Positions 26,201 to 39,638 of a stretch of DNA of 64,000 nt are shown piece after piece. The notes under the pieces were generated by a model. That model was not told where the DNA came from, did not search any database, and worked only from the letters and a program-made list of their open reading frames with translations. A program made the translations under genes and the position numbers. Each line of letters begins with the position of its first letter. The stretch's first letter is position 1. The stretch covers positions 8,246,001 through 8,310,000 of the forward strand of contig CM022677.1 of NCBI GenBank assembly GCA_012295275.1. The letters run 5' to 3'. The DNA is from Chrysomallon squamiferum. Taxonomy: Eukaryota; Animalia; Mollusca.

Positions 26201-27257
26201 TAATAATATATGCTGATGAGGAATAGACTTTATAAGATAAACTGAGATTAGTAAAATTTGTATTAGTAGTACGTCTGCTTACCTTCTCACAAAATTTTAT
26301 GCCGATTATTTAACAAAGCAAAACGGTTTATCGTTCAGTTGCTAGCAGCGGAGCTACCTGTGTTTGTTTATTCGTGATAATGATGCCTGACAGCACCAGC
26401 AAAGTGTATGTGGCAGTTACGTAATATTTTATTACTTTTATTATAGAATTCAGAGGTAGAGGAGGGATATTATTTTTCTTTAAAAATTCAGAAATATAAA
26501 TAAATGTGCTTTTTTAAAATGTAAAAATACACAGAAAAATGTTTCAAGGTGTCAGAAAATGGGGATATTTTATAATAAAAGATATGAACGTGATATTTTG
26601 ATAGGATGAATGCCGCGATTTACATACGGAATTTAACTAGAGAGAACCTGAATAGTGAGAAATGTAGAGTTTACACCAGAATCTTGCTACATCGCAATTC
26701 ATTGTCAGCATGCTTCTGTAGTTATAAAGATTTGTTCGGTAGCATTCGTCATTTTCCGGCTACGAACGCAGTCGAATGTAAAATTATTATTATGATACAG
26801 CTGAATGACAAAATTAGTATATATAGTTTTTGCCTCGGAAAATGTTTATAAATGGTAGTCATTTATTGATTTATTTATTTATTGAAACTACTGTCGTAAT
26901 CGATACCTGTCTTCAACTCGCACCAGACCGTTTTACTCTTGAACGATGAACGATAAAAGAAAGAATAACGTTGTATAACAATAAATGTTCGCTTATTAAT
27001 AATATTATTTATCTCCAAAACAGACATCGCAGGAATAAATCCTACTTTCAGGAACTAGATGTTAGATTCTAATCATGTTTATGTAAATAATTTTCAGTTT
27101 TACAAACAATGGAAGTTTACTAAACATTTGTTTCTTTTTGTTTACAGTAAAGCTGGAGAAGTAATATAATAATCCTACATCCCAGTTTGGAAATGTGTTA
27201 CAGTTTTGTTTTGTTATCTTATAAATGGATTTAAAATCACCACGGTGTGTGTGTGTT

Positions 27258-27297
<40 letters not shown>

Positions 27298-27691
27298 GAA
27301 AAATGAAAATTACTAGTGTAATAATATCTCCCATGCACATGCGCAGTCTATTAAGATTTATGTCAGCGAATTTAAATTCGGGTATAAATAAAACATCCAA
27401 CGGTTTTACGTCAGTTGACATTTGAATGCCAATACTAGTAGGTCACATTTTTTTTTTTTTTAGTTTTTTAAGTTTATTATTAGACTAAAGTGATTTATTT
27501 TTTTAAATTTATTATAATCAGTAATAGCAGTTAACTGTATATTTAGTTAATAAATTTAGTTATTAAAATATTATTATCATTATAAATAATTATTCTTCTA
27601 TAAGAAGAGCAATTACGAAATGAATTCGAATAAAATCTTAACTTTCTTATTATTTTTATTTTATATTTATTTATTTATTCATTTATTATTA

Positions 27692-27728
<37 letters not shown>

Positions 27729-27774
27729 GATTATTATTATTATTATTATTGTTATTTTAATTTCAAACAAAAAT

Positions 27775-27912
27775 AACTGTGGGAGTTTTAATTTCCGGAA
27801 GTTTATATAAAATCTAACTAAAAAGTACGCTAAATAACGGAGACTCGCGAAATTTGCCGAGTACTGCCGGACAATACAAACACATTTACTGGGCGAGACC
27901 ATTTTGGTAAAG
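27775..27912 (+). promoter_or_regulatory. Candidate Pol II promoter and non-coding first exon for the RING locus
   Basis: CpG-enriched patch with ETS-like TTCCGGAAGT (27793), TATATAAAA (27804), TCGCGAAA, YY1-like CCATTTTG and donor-like G|GTAAAG (27907). A pyrimidine-rich acceptor ..tactgcag| lies at 29408, just before ATG 29422. Based on motifs only. Confidence 0.35.
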
Positions 27913-29054
27913 GTTTTCTTTACTGATGAAGAAGAAATCAAATAATTCTGAAGACATTATTTTAAAACGCAATTAGGAAATTCCATCATGAAAAAAAAAA
28001 AAAAAAAAAATAAAAAAAATGAAAAACTATCATAATAATATTATTTAAAAAATAAATATATGATAAAATGAAACAAAATAAACTGACAAATAAACACAAT
28101 AAAATAAAGTAAGGAAAAAGAGGAAAAAAGACAAATTACAAAATAAGCTTATTATTAAAATAGATGTTTGCATTTCTCTATGTATCTGACTATATTACCT
28201 CTTAATCTAATATCTTTATCTACCTATCCACAAATATCAATTTAATGTAAACTCTAGTAATTTATCAGCCGTGTTCATACCTACCACTCTAAATACCAAC
28301 GTACCAATATTCCCTTACAAACACACAATCGGCTATCAGTTGCAACTCTGTCTATATATCTAATCTAAATAATCTCTCCCTGTCAGTCTGTCTGTCTGTA
28401 GGTATTCTAAAGTGCTCCATTTTTTGGTCTGCCCCACTGTTTTAACTTATTTCTACTGATGTTTGTATCTTCATCGTTATGTTTATTTCACGAATGTTAC
28501 AAAAATAACAACATCAGAAGGATCTTTGATTATGTTTCTGCAAGTGTGTATCGGTTATAAATAATAATAAAATAATTATATTTATAATAGAATGAATTTT
28601 CAAATATATATATATATATATATATATAAATATCAAATGAATGATTTTGCCAACTTTACATGTAAATAAATGTTAGCAGAGTTTGGAAGACACAGTTGAC
28701 ATATTATGAAAAGAGCCTATAAAACGTTTTCTTCAAAATGGCAATATTAAAAAATCCAAAACTTTGGAACAATTTGACTGACAATTTCAAATATTTTGTT
28801 TCTGAAATCAGGATAAAAAGTTAGTCAATCTTGTATTTCCTAAACTGAAAATCACTTTTGAGTACCTAACAACTCCTCCAACGACAAAAAGCAACAAGAA
28901 CAATAATATAGATAAAGAAAAAAATAACACTGATAATAACAATACTTGAAATATAAATAAAAGTTTTAACAGCTATGACACAATAAAACCCCAAAAACTT
29001 AAAAATATATAAATAAAATAATAAATTTCATGATATGAAATCACATCACCTTAA

Positions 29055-29088
<34 letters not shown>

Positions 29089-29421
29089 ATAATAGATTTT
29101 AATTTATTTTGAATGCATTTTTAAAATCACCATCCACAAACAATTTAAACCCTGTACACCTGTCATTTTAGACGCGAAACTCACATTATGTAATAAATTC
29201 ATGCAAAGTTCCAAGCTATTCGCCCTGGTTGTAAAATCCTTGTGCAAAGATTAACGTTAGTAAAACAAACAGATAAAACGTATAAGTAAAAAAATATACT
29301 GCCATAAAAAATAAAATAAAAATAGATATAGTTCTAACAACAGAAATAAAATTAATAGATATTTTTGGATTATATATAATTTTGTTTTCTCCTACAATGT
29401 TACTGCAGTTATCAATACGAA

Positions 29422-30093
29422 ATGTGAAAAGTAAGAGCGTCCAAGAAACGGAAAGCACAGGATGATGAGTGCCCTGAAAAGCCTCCAAAAGGGCGAAAGA
29501 TTTCCGAACGTGACCCTGGAGAAACATCACGTAGAGGACCAGGGACATCAACATCTAGGAAACGGAAAGCACAGGATGATGGGTGCCCGAAGAAGCCTCC
29601 AAATGGGCGAAAGATTTCCGAACGTGACCCTGTAAAAGCAGCATGTGGAGAAAGACCAAGGATGTCAACATCACCATCACCCAGCACTGCTGAATCAACA
29701 CAACCGCCTGAATCAGATAAGTCACCTACTTGTTCTTTGTGTTCAGAAGAACTTTTAGATAAGTGTCATGCAGACTCGTGTTTACATGAATTTTGTTTCA
29801 GCTGTTTGGAGAGGTGGTCTAGAAGCAGAAGAAATTGACCAGTTTGCTCTGCCAGATTCACCGCCATCGTGTACAACTTAAGAGATGGAAACTGCGAGAT
29901 GTACACATTGCCACCTCTCAGAGTCAGAAGAGTCAGACGACATTCTTCAGCTGGACTCATCAGGCGTATATTGGCGTATATTGGTCGTATATTTACATAT
30001 TTTAGTCGTATATTTAGTTCTCTGTTGTGGAAAATCTTATTTGTTCTAATCGAATTTTGTCTTCTGATAGGTCGTTTACTAGGATATGCGTGA
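29422..30093 (+). pseudogene. Topors/ICP0-like C3HC4 RING E3-ligase frame with hydrophobic C-terminal tail; in-frame TGA at 29425 and 29836
   Basis: One frame: M*KVRASKKRKAQDD..(duplicated segment)..MSTSPSPSTAESTQPPESDKSPT CSLC SEELLDKCHADS CLHEFCFSC LERWSRSRRN *PVC SARFTAIVYNLRDGNCEMYTLPP..LIRRILAYIGRIFTYFSRIFSSLLWKILFVLIEFCLLIGRLLGYA. Spacing C-x2-C-x12-C-x-H-x2-C-x2-C-x10-[*]-x2-C with the conserved W matches the Topors RING as I recall it. Confidence 0.85.
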
Positions 30094-30744
30094 TATTAGA
30101 AACCTTACAACGTTACTCTAGGTGTATTGCTTTAACTTCAGCTGGCATCCTTCTGTCATTGTTTTATTTTATGATGATGATAGTAACAGTAATAGATACA
30201 GACATTTATTTGTAAAATATTTATTTGAAGTTGGTAATATCTGCAGTGATAATAACATTCTGTCCCTTTTGCCCCAGCATATCAATGCTATATGAGATTG
30301 TGTTGATGATGTTGACGTGAAGCTGGTTATGTTCCTTGCAGCTCTATAACCCTTGAGAGGTGGGCTCAGGTTTGTATTGTTTTTTAATTAATAAGTACTA
30401 ACATGCAACCAAAATACTAACAATTAACATAAATACTAACCATTAACCAGGTAGTAAACTTTATATAGAGACACGCACATATATCCATACAGACACATAG
30501 AATATATCCATACAGACACATACGAATATCCATACAGACAGAACATACACAGAACTACACTAACATATATACAAACATATATACACTCACACACAGAAAC
30601 ATATTAACATTTAACAAATACTAACCTTAACCAATTAGTTACAATTACTAATAATTACCACATACTTATCTGAATACGTGTATAAACACAAACACACACA
30701 CACATCAACACACACACACATTCACATACACACATATTATTTTA

Positions 30745-31690
30745 CAATTAAAACAAATTCTAACCATTAACCAAATACTAATATTTAACAAATACTAACC
30801 ATTAATAAAATAGTAACCATTAACCAAATACTAATGTTTAACAAATACTAACCATTAATAAAATAGTAACCATTAACCAAATACTAATGTTTAACAAATA
30901 CTAACCATTAAGAAAATATTAACAATTAACCAAATACTAACATTTAACAAATACTAACCATTAACAAAATACTAACCATTAACCAAATACTAACATTTAA
31001 CAAATACTAACTATTAACAAAATACTAACCATTAACCAAATACTAACCATTAACCAAATACTAACCATTAACCAAATACTAACCATTAACCAAATACTAA
31101 CCATTAACAAATACTAACATTTAACAAATACTAACCATTAACCAAATACTAACATTTAACAAATACTAACCCTTAATAAAATAGTAACCATTAACCAAAT
31201 ACTAATGTTTAACCAATACTAACCATCAAGAAAATATTAACAATTAACCAAATACTAACATTTAACAAATACTAACCATTAACAAAATACTAACCATTAA
31301 CCAAATACTAACCATTAACCAAATACTAACATTTAACATTTAACAAATACTAACCATTAACAAAATAACATTTTAAAAATACTAACCATTAACCAAATAC
31401 TAACATTTAACAAATACTATTAACAAAATACTAACCATTAACCAAATACTAACCATTAACCAAATAGTAAACATTAACCAAATACTAACCATTATGCAAA
31501 TACTAACATTTAACAAATACTAACCATTAACCAAATACTAACATTTAACAAATACTAACCATTAACAAAATACTAAACATTAACCAAATACTAACCATTA
31601 ACTAAATACTAACATTTAACAAATACTAACTATTAACAAAATACTAACCATTAACCAAATACTAACATTTAACAAATACTAACCATTACT
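30745..31690. repeat. 18-19-bp AT-rich satellite
   Basis: Dozens of aaatactaaccattaacc / aaatactaacatttaac units; stray units at ~30400-30450. Confidence 0.97.
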
Positions 31691-33504
31691 AACATCCCCT
31701 ACGTGTACTGAACCTCACCGTGGTGTAGGGGTGGCAACATTTCCAAAGGGAATGGCTAATTAGTACATTAATATAATAACATTTAATTGGTTAGAGAGAC
31801 AGACAGATTGATAGACTGTGATAAATAGATTTACCTACATAGGGTATTGCTACTTTTTCTAATTTTTAATACAGTGCTATTGCTTTCAAAGCCCTCTCTA
31901 TATCCAGACAGACAGACAGACCAACAGAGTAGAGACAGAAGTGTATGCACTTAAGAATAAGTTATGACATATAAATATTTCTCTCTGGCTTTCTTACTCT
32001 CTGTGTCACTCGCCAGATTACTTCGTATCAACAGATGACGACTATGCTTTGAATGTAGACAAACAGAGACTAGATTTCCAGATTAATGTTCTCTTCATAA
32101 ACAATGCCAGAAATCACTAATCTCTAACAATTGATTGGTACTTCCAGTCATGCCTCCCTCCTAACTCCGCATGTTCCTCTTCACACAGTTTTTATATTAA
32201 GCCAAATTCCATTGATATATCACTCAATCCATGGACCTACAATGAGGACCTTATTTGTTAACAATGTGATAATTGAAAACCTTTCAGTCCATCATTCCCT
32301 CTTTTTAATCCTTTTATTATTTTCCCAGTTCTTCTTTGCACCAAAACTTTCATCCATCTGACACTCCATCCATCCTTACTTATGGATACCTGCATACTTC
32401 TATCTATCTATTTGGAAGCCCAATCTACATTGCTGAATGTACACAGTGTTTTTGAAGTAAAATCACACCTGTAATGTTTACTATAATGCTACACTGCACA
32501 CATAAACCAACAACAACAACAATAGTAATATAAAGAAAAGAACATTTTAATCTTTATTCGATTTCTTTACTTCTCAATATCCATAAGACTTCAAACATTA
32601 ACATCATCGCTCCAGTCTATCTATATATTTGTTTTATTTCATCATCAGTTTCTCTGGCTATTTGTCTATCTATCTGTCTCTTTATTGGTCAACCTGTGGT
32701 GTAGCTTAATCTCGCACCTGCTCACCTCTTTCTAACATAGAAACAGACTTTAATGAACAAATCAAATGATTTTCTTACTCATATACATGTGCCCAATACC
32801 TGTATATCCATTTATTTATCGCTATCCTCTGTCTGTCTGTCTGTCTGTATCTATATTTATTTATATAATTATCTCTCATTCTCTGAAAAATCACACACAC
32901 AGGACACACTTTTCTGTTTCATAGTAAGGTCAATACCTGTTCTCTCGCTATAACAAACAAACACATATAACCACACCTACATATGAGTCTCTCTCAGTCT
33001 AGCTATCTAACTGTAATCTAACACCCATTATAAACACACTCTTGTTCATACATTCAGTTATATACCAATCATCTAACATAAATACAAATACTCATGATTA
33101 TGAATTTATGTACCTATGTTGTTTGTAAAGTTTGTGTGTGTGTGCGTGTCCAGCCATCCATCTATATCTACCCTCTCTAACACACATAGGTATACACATA
33201 CATCTATTCACTCATGTATTTATTTATTTATATTTAATCTATTATCTCTCTATCAATCATCTGACTCTCTAAAAAATCCACAAAAAGCACACTTTCTTTG
33301 ACACACATTTATGTACCCATTCTCTCTAACACATATATTTATCCACACACATACACATCAATTTATCTATTTTAGCTGTATATGTACCTAATTATTGTCT
33401 ACCTAACCTATCAAGCTATCTCTGAAGCGACGTCTAACTATCTCTACATCAATCTATCTCACCTTCTCAGTTATACATAGCCACAGTCTATCTTGAACTC
33501 ACAC

Positions 33505-33543
<39 letters not shown>

Positions 33544-35189
33544 ACGTATACACCCTTTCTATTTACATCCTTTTTAAGTATTTAAATACACTCTTTCTAT
33601 CTAGTTATCTATCTATAAATATATTTATTTATCTATCTATTTATGCCATATACATAAGCAACAGAGTCAGTCGTTCTTACAGATGTGCAGGTATATACTC
33701 ATGTCTCCTTGCAGCTATCTATCTTTCTAGTAATCAATCTACCTTTCTTCTGTCTATCAATTTATCTGTCTGTTATCATCTACAATCTATCCACTCTTTT
33801 TTAAACACACACACACACGTAGTTACTTATCCTTTTATATACATATACATACTAATCATCTTCTAAACATACAAATACATTATCATTCCTATACACGTGT
33901 GTGTGTATGTATTATATATATATATATGTATGTATGTGTGTATACCTATATGGATAGACCCATCTCTCCAACCAGCGTCAGTGAAAATTATTTATTTCAT
34001 TTTAATTTATTTTATTTGAATTATTTTATTTGAATTATTTTATTTTATTTTTATTTATTTACTTATTTATTTATTTTATTTTTGGCTGACGATGTCGTAA
34101 TAAAAAGTGAAAAAAAAGATAGTACGAAATGGGTACGAGAAGGCATATTACGTAAACGTCAGAAAAAAAAAGATTAAAAAAGAAATGTTACCTCGTGTTC
34201 AGCAATTGCTACAGAGTATTAGCCATCTATGTATAAGAGGCATTGATTATATGACATACTCTTCCAAATTACTTTTAATGATCCATAAAGAATGATTGCA
34301 TTATTAAGGTCTACATGTTTAAAAGTGTGTAAATATTGATCGGCGTTCGATGCTGCCATCTTGGATTTCGATGGGAAGTTTCCGTGAGGTCACGGGAGTT
34401 TTTAAACTTCCAAATACAATTATTTTACGTCTACTTTCTGAACTTTTTATCATTTACACTGATAAAGATGGTTGTTCAAAACCGTGATCTCTTGCGCCTT
34501 TCCTAACTACGTTTTCAACTAAAATAAATGAAATAAATAAATAAAATAAAGAAAGAAAAATAAATGAAAAACATTAAATGAAATAGCAATTTTACAATAA
34601 TTCTTCAAATAATAATATCACGTTAAATAAACCAAAAATACAGGAAACTGGTTAGTTAAAAGACAAAGAAAACGCAGGGAATGTTAATAAGCTGGTCATG
34701 ACTGCTACAAAACATTATACAGAATTGGTTATTTTCATCTAAAAGCAACAAATCTAATTTACCGTCACCTCGTATATGCGAGGAGTAATCTATTTCAGAA
34801 GTTGGTGGTATAAGAGAAACAACTCTATTTAACACGCACGTTGGTAAATATACAAAAAAGACTGAGTGTTGAGTAAAATTTAAAAAAAAAATAAAATAAA
34901 ATAATAATATAGATCATTCACTGAATTTAGTAAATTCACTAAAATTATTTTATATAAAACTAGTAGTTGGTTTAATTCTGGCCTCCGATGTATATTATGA
35001 CTTGCAGCCGCTATACTGGATTTTTGAGGTTTCAAAAGTGAGTGTTATGTTTTTAGTCCTATAGACATAAGGTTAGTGATAAATTATAACAGGTAAACAT
35101 ATAATCGCTTTTTAAGTTCAGCAGAAGAAACTTGATTAATATGTGATAATTAGGCAAGAAATATGCTTTTTATTTTACTCCACCACTTG

Positions 35190-35515
35190 GGGCAATACAA
35201 TCAAAAGGATGAGGTTTGCCGAGGCATTGACAGAAGAAGAAAGTGTCAAGAGGTATCAAGAAGAGTTGGCAGAGAAGAAGAAGAAGGAGGAAGAAAAGGC
35301 AAAGAAAGCAAATGTTTTAGAGGCAAAATTACAAAAAATATATAAAAAATAGAAGATACCAAAGAAAAACGGCAGTTCAATTTGAATGCTACAGCAGAAC
35401 CGGTGGATGCAGCCAAAGAAAACATTGATGGTGATGAGCCTTTGGTATTGTCTTGAAATCCCAGCTGGTGCAGAGTTTAAAGATATTGTGTGATATTTGT
35501 CGAGTTTAGTTTATT
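35190..35515 (+). mobile_element. Probable pogo/Tigger-type transposase C-terminal remnant (K/E coiled coil plus decayed PHD finger)
   Basis: RFAEALTEEESVKRYQEELAEKKKKEEEKAKK, then frameshifted ..WYCLE..GAEFK..CDICRV, resembling the LTSEE-coil-PHD tail of DDE_1 transposases. No TIRs found. Confidence 0.45.
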
Positions 35516-35981
35516 GAAGTTTTGAATTTGACTTGTATTATGATTAGGACTAATTATTATTAGTAAACAATGATTATATTGCAACAATCAGTACAACAAA
35601 TTTGAGGACCAAACTTCTCATGAATGACTATTTTATTTATCATTTTAAGTAGTATTATTACAATTAGTGTTGTTGTTTTTATCCTTAATGTCGTTATGTC
35701 AGTATTACAGTCGTCATTATAAAGAAAGAAAAAATGATCAACAAATAAACAGATAGAGAGATAGACACACACACACACATACACAGTCACACACATATAG
35801 AAAAGAAATAGTTCATATCAGTGAGGCGGTGTTTATGTATATAGTTAAATAATAGACAGATAGATACATTGATGGACATAGAGACAGATAGACATTTTAC
35901 ATTTCATAGGCAAATGAACGTATAAGAAAATGTTTGGGCTGTTCTATCTGTGTGTGTGTGTCTGTATGTCTGTCTATGGAT

Positions 35982-35982
<1 letters not shown>

Positions 35983-36067
<85 letters not shown>
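35983..36067. repeat. (TCTA)n(TA)n compound microsatellite
   Basis: Seen directly. Confidence 0.95.
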
Positions 36068-36070
<3 letters not shown>

Positions 36071-37172
36071 TGTGTCACTCTCCATCTATCTGTCTGTGTA
36101 TCTGTCTATCCACCTACCTATCTACCTCTCAGATTACAGTGATAAGTGCAGGTGTAAGTAAAACATCAGTAAAAGAAATGATAAACACTGCATAAAACAT
36201 TGATAATAAAGTAGCGATGATATTTTATCTCACTGGGAGAGGTTCTGTGTATGCCTAAAATACTGAAGGATCTTAGATATTAATATTAATATTAATAAAT
36301 GTATTTATATATTTATTTGTCCCTGTAAACGGCAACTGAAATGGCCTTTGTATTGCAGTAATGAACAAAAAGGTGTTCTTGTTATTTACCACATATAATG
36401 GAACTGAACGACAATATTTATAGTTTATTTGCTTCAACCAGACCTGTTTATACTAATACATTTAAATTCAGCGAAAGAACCGTAATATTTTACATTTATA
36501 TATAGCTCTCTAGATTATATCTAGTTGAATATTAATTGGCTAACTAATTAATTTTTAGGGGAGTTAATTAAGAAGTAATCTGTAATAGCGCGGTATATTT
36601 CCAGAGTTAGATTTCCAGACTCATGTTTTCAATACAAAATATTACCGCTACGCCTCTGTTAACAAACATAAAACATGTAACATAAATAGTGATGACGGTT
36701 CTTATTTTCATAACGCCGTAGAAAATTACACCTACTTAGCTTTTCAGTGAAACATGTTAATAAAATGTCACATTAATATGGAAGCGTTCTCGACATTTTG
36801 GATTTCACAAATAATTCTACTGTTGTTTATAAAAAGAGGCTAACCCGAAACCCAATCTATATTTCTGAATGTACACAGAGTTTTCACAGTAAAATCACAC
36901 CTGTAATGTTTAGGATCGAATACTGTTTTTTCGTGGGGTGTTTTCGTGTTGTTGTTTTTTCTCTTCCTGACAGAAGTAGTAATAGAAAAAAGTATTATTT
37001 TTAAATTCCTAGCATAGCGTTGGGTATATTTTACAAATATACTTTTTCTAAGCTGGAGTCAATGAGATGGAGAAAGATGAAGGTGATTTTCATTAATTAC
37101 ACCACAGATTGTGTTTTTAATTAGTGTTCTGGTAATTAATATTTAGTAAGTATATTTTAAAAATTCTGGTAG

Positions 37173-37338
37173 TTGTTCGCCCTGTACAACGGCGAGTGTT
37201 TTGTGAAGAAACGTTTGGGTGAAACTTGTGAAGACAAGTCGGACTGTTCAGACGTATAGCTAGCTGACTGTTTCATTAAAAAAAAATCTTTTGTTCTTCC
37301 AAAATCAGTGTCGAGTCATGATAAAATTCGTATTGGAG
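37173..37338 (+). pseudogene. Decayed Cys-rich EB-module-like exon
   Basis: LYNGECFVKKRLGETCEDKSDCSDV*LADC..; the C..KKRLGETC.....C pattern resembles EB repeats. One stop, and the later cysteines are lost. Confidence 0.4.
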
Positions 37339-38961
37339 TAATTACTGAAACACGAAACTTAGACGTACAGTGAAGTTTTTGAGACATAATTTGTGACGGT
37401 GGACAGAGTTTACGTTCTATAAACAAATAAGATTTCAGTTCTATATGAATAAGCTGAGGTTCAACCAAAAATAGCATGATATAGTATAAAAAAATATATA
37501 CCTGAAATAATCATTTTATTTCCTTTCTCACTTTTTTCTTTTTCCCTTGTTTCAGTAGTCTTTCTTAATTTTTATTTTATTATCATTTTAATTAGTATTA
37601 TTGTAGTTTTTGTTGTTTACAAAAATAAATAACAACATTAAATTCTGTGATTCAAATAAAGTATAACTTCTCACGTGTTCAGTATTAACAGTTATTTATT
37701 TCTGAATTTACAAGTCGAGCTATAAAATGCCACTATAAAATAAAAGGTCAGATAATGATTAAAGTGATATTTGATTAACAACAGAACACATTTCCCTAAA
37801 AAAAATCTGCATGATGCTGAAAACTGAGCTTTTACTTTATAAGAATCGATTCATTTTGTTGATAAATTGATAAATGATGTTATGATGTAAACATGAGCGC
37901 AGTTGTAACAGGTAATTTGAAACTGGACGGCGACATTTACTGTTGTTATTAACATTATTCTTGAAAAGCCGATAATATTCCTTTAGCTGTATCCAAGATT
38001 ATACTGACAATTTAATATATATTATATATATGATGCAAATCAGAGGTAAATCTCAATAAAATATCGATGTAAACAGCGGTCCTTTTATTAAGATGGAACG
38101 TAATTTCCGCCTCAGTCTCAATTTATTTGTATAAGCTGCAAAGCTGGTAGTAAATAAAAATGTAAATTCCGTCCTGTAGTCTCAAATTATCTTAAGAAAT
38201 CTACGCTCATCGAAGATAAATGTTATAAATATACTGTCAATATCTCATTGATTAAACTTCCATAACGCCGTACAAATAAAGAAAATAACACGTTATTTTA
38301 TAATCACGTCTCATTTTTATTCGTATAAACTTTGCCAGTATTAGAAAATTTACATATATATATATATATAAAACAAAGTGTAGAATTAGGGTAAATAATA
38401 TGATATTTTATATTCATTTCAAAATGTTCACCTTTTCCTGTATTTTTTATTTAACATTATCTTAGCCTCGGAAACTTGTTTTCTAGGTAGACTGTAAAAC
38501 TGATGACGTAATCGAGACCTCACGTGACACTTTGCGTCTGCTACAAATAATATCGAATGATAATTTTAAATAAGAAATATTTACTTGTTGACAGTACTAT
38601 ACAAAACCAAAGCAGATATCAGACGATGAAACCTACAGAACCCTCAGTAATGGATCTACTGAAACAAGGGAAAAAGAAAAAAGTCAGAAAGGAAATAAAA
38701 TTATTATTTCAGGCATATATTTTTTTATACTATATCATCCTGTAAAATGTACATTCATTTTTATTTTCATACATAATAGAAAATAATTTATGAACATTGC
38801 AAAAGTAATTTAAAATAATTAATTTTAAAATGAACATACAACATTGAAACAAGTTTTATAGGAGATACACAGAAAGTATATAAACCGTTAGGGAGATGTA
38901 CATAAAGAAAGTGTTAAAGCTGTATAAAATGTATGGATTGGTAGTGAAACAGATGAACAGA

Positions 38962-39020
<59 letters not shown>

Positions 39021-39559
39021 ATGGAAATTTATATTTTGTATGTGTTTTCAGAGGGCATGGTAGGAGAAATAGATGCAGACATAGAGAGAGATGTGAATAT
39101 GAAGGGATGAGTTGGTACATGTTCTGTGAGAAAGAGTTAATGTGTTTGTTGTCAAATAACTGCTGCATGTGAAAGACAGTGTCCTTGTTTATGTATAAAT
39201 AAATACAAGTTCCAAGTGTTTTGTTTGTTGTTGCCTTTTCAAGAAATGAACCGAAAAATGATATAAAAATAGAGATAGAAAACCAGAATTAATAATTGGA
39301 TTATTTTAATGATTTATTATTATATTATTGTTCTGATTTTAAATTAACTTAAAAAGATATTTGAAAATAGCTGAAATTAATCAGATTAAAAAATATTTTT
39401 AGCACCAATTAAAACCACGTCTTTTTTGCAATAATTTTTATTTTAAAGAAAATGAAAATGAAATTATGTATGTCTATAATAATAATAATAATTCATTATT
39501 TTTACTAAATTATCTTTAACGTCTTTGTAAATATACAAAAAAGACTGAGTGTGGAGAGC

Positions 39560-39560
<1 letters not shown>

Positions 39561-39637
<77 letters not shown>
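39561..39637. repeat. (GA)n microsatellite
   Basis: Pure GA run. Confidence 0.98.

Positions 39638-39638
<1 letters not shown>

Noticed and set aside
29216-29960. Minus-strand ORFs 29216-29554, 29412-29687 and 29766-29960
   Set aside because: Antisense shadows of the plus-strand RING frame.
30300-30360. Possible SECIS (gtgaagctg..cagct hairpin) downstream of the RING TGA
   Set aside because: It lacks the 3' GA of the non-Watson-Crick quartet and the apical AA, so it is not a canonical SECIS by eye.
34085-34420. KWVREGILRKR resembling a Harbinger transposase N-terminus; nearby GCCATCTTGG motif
   Set aside because: Too short, with no further motifs or TIRs.
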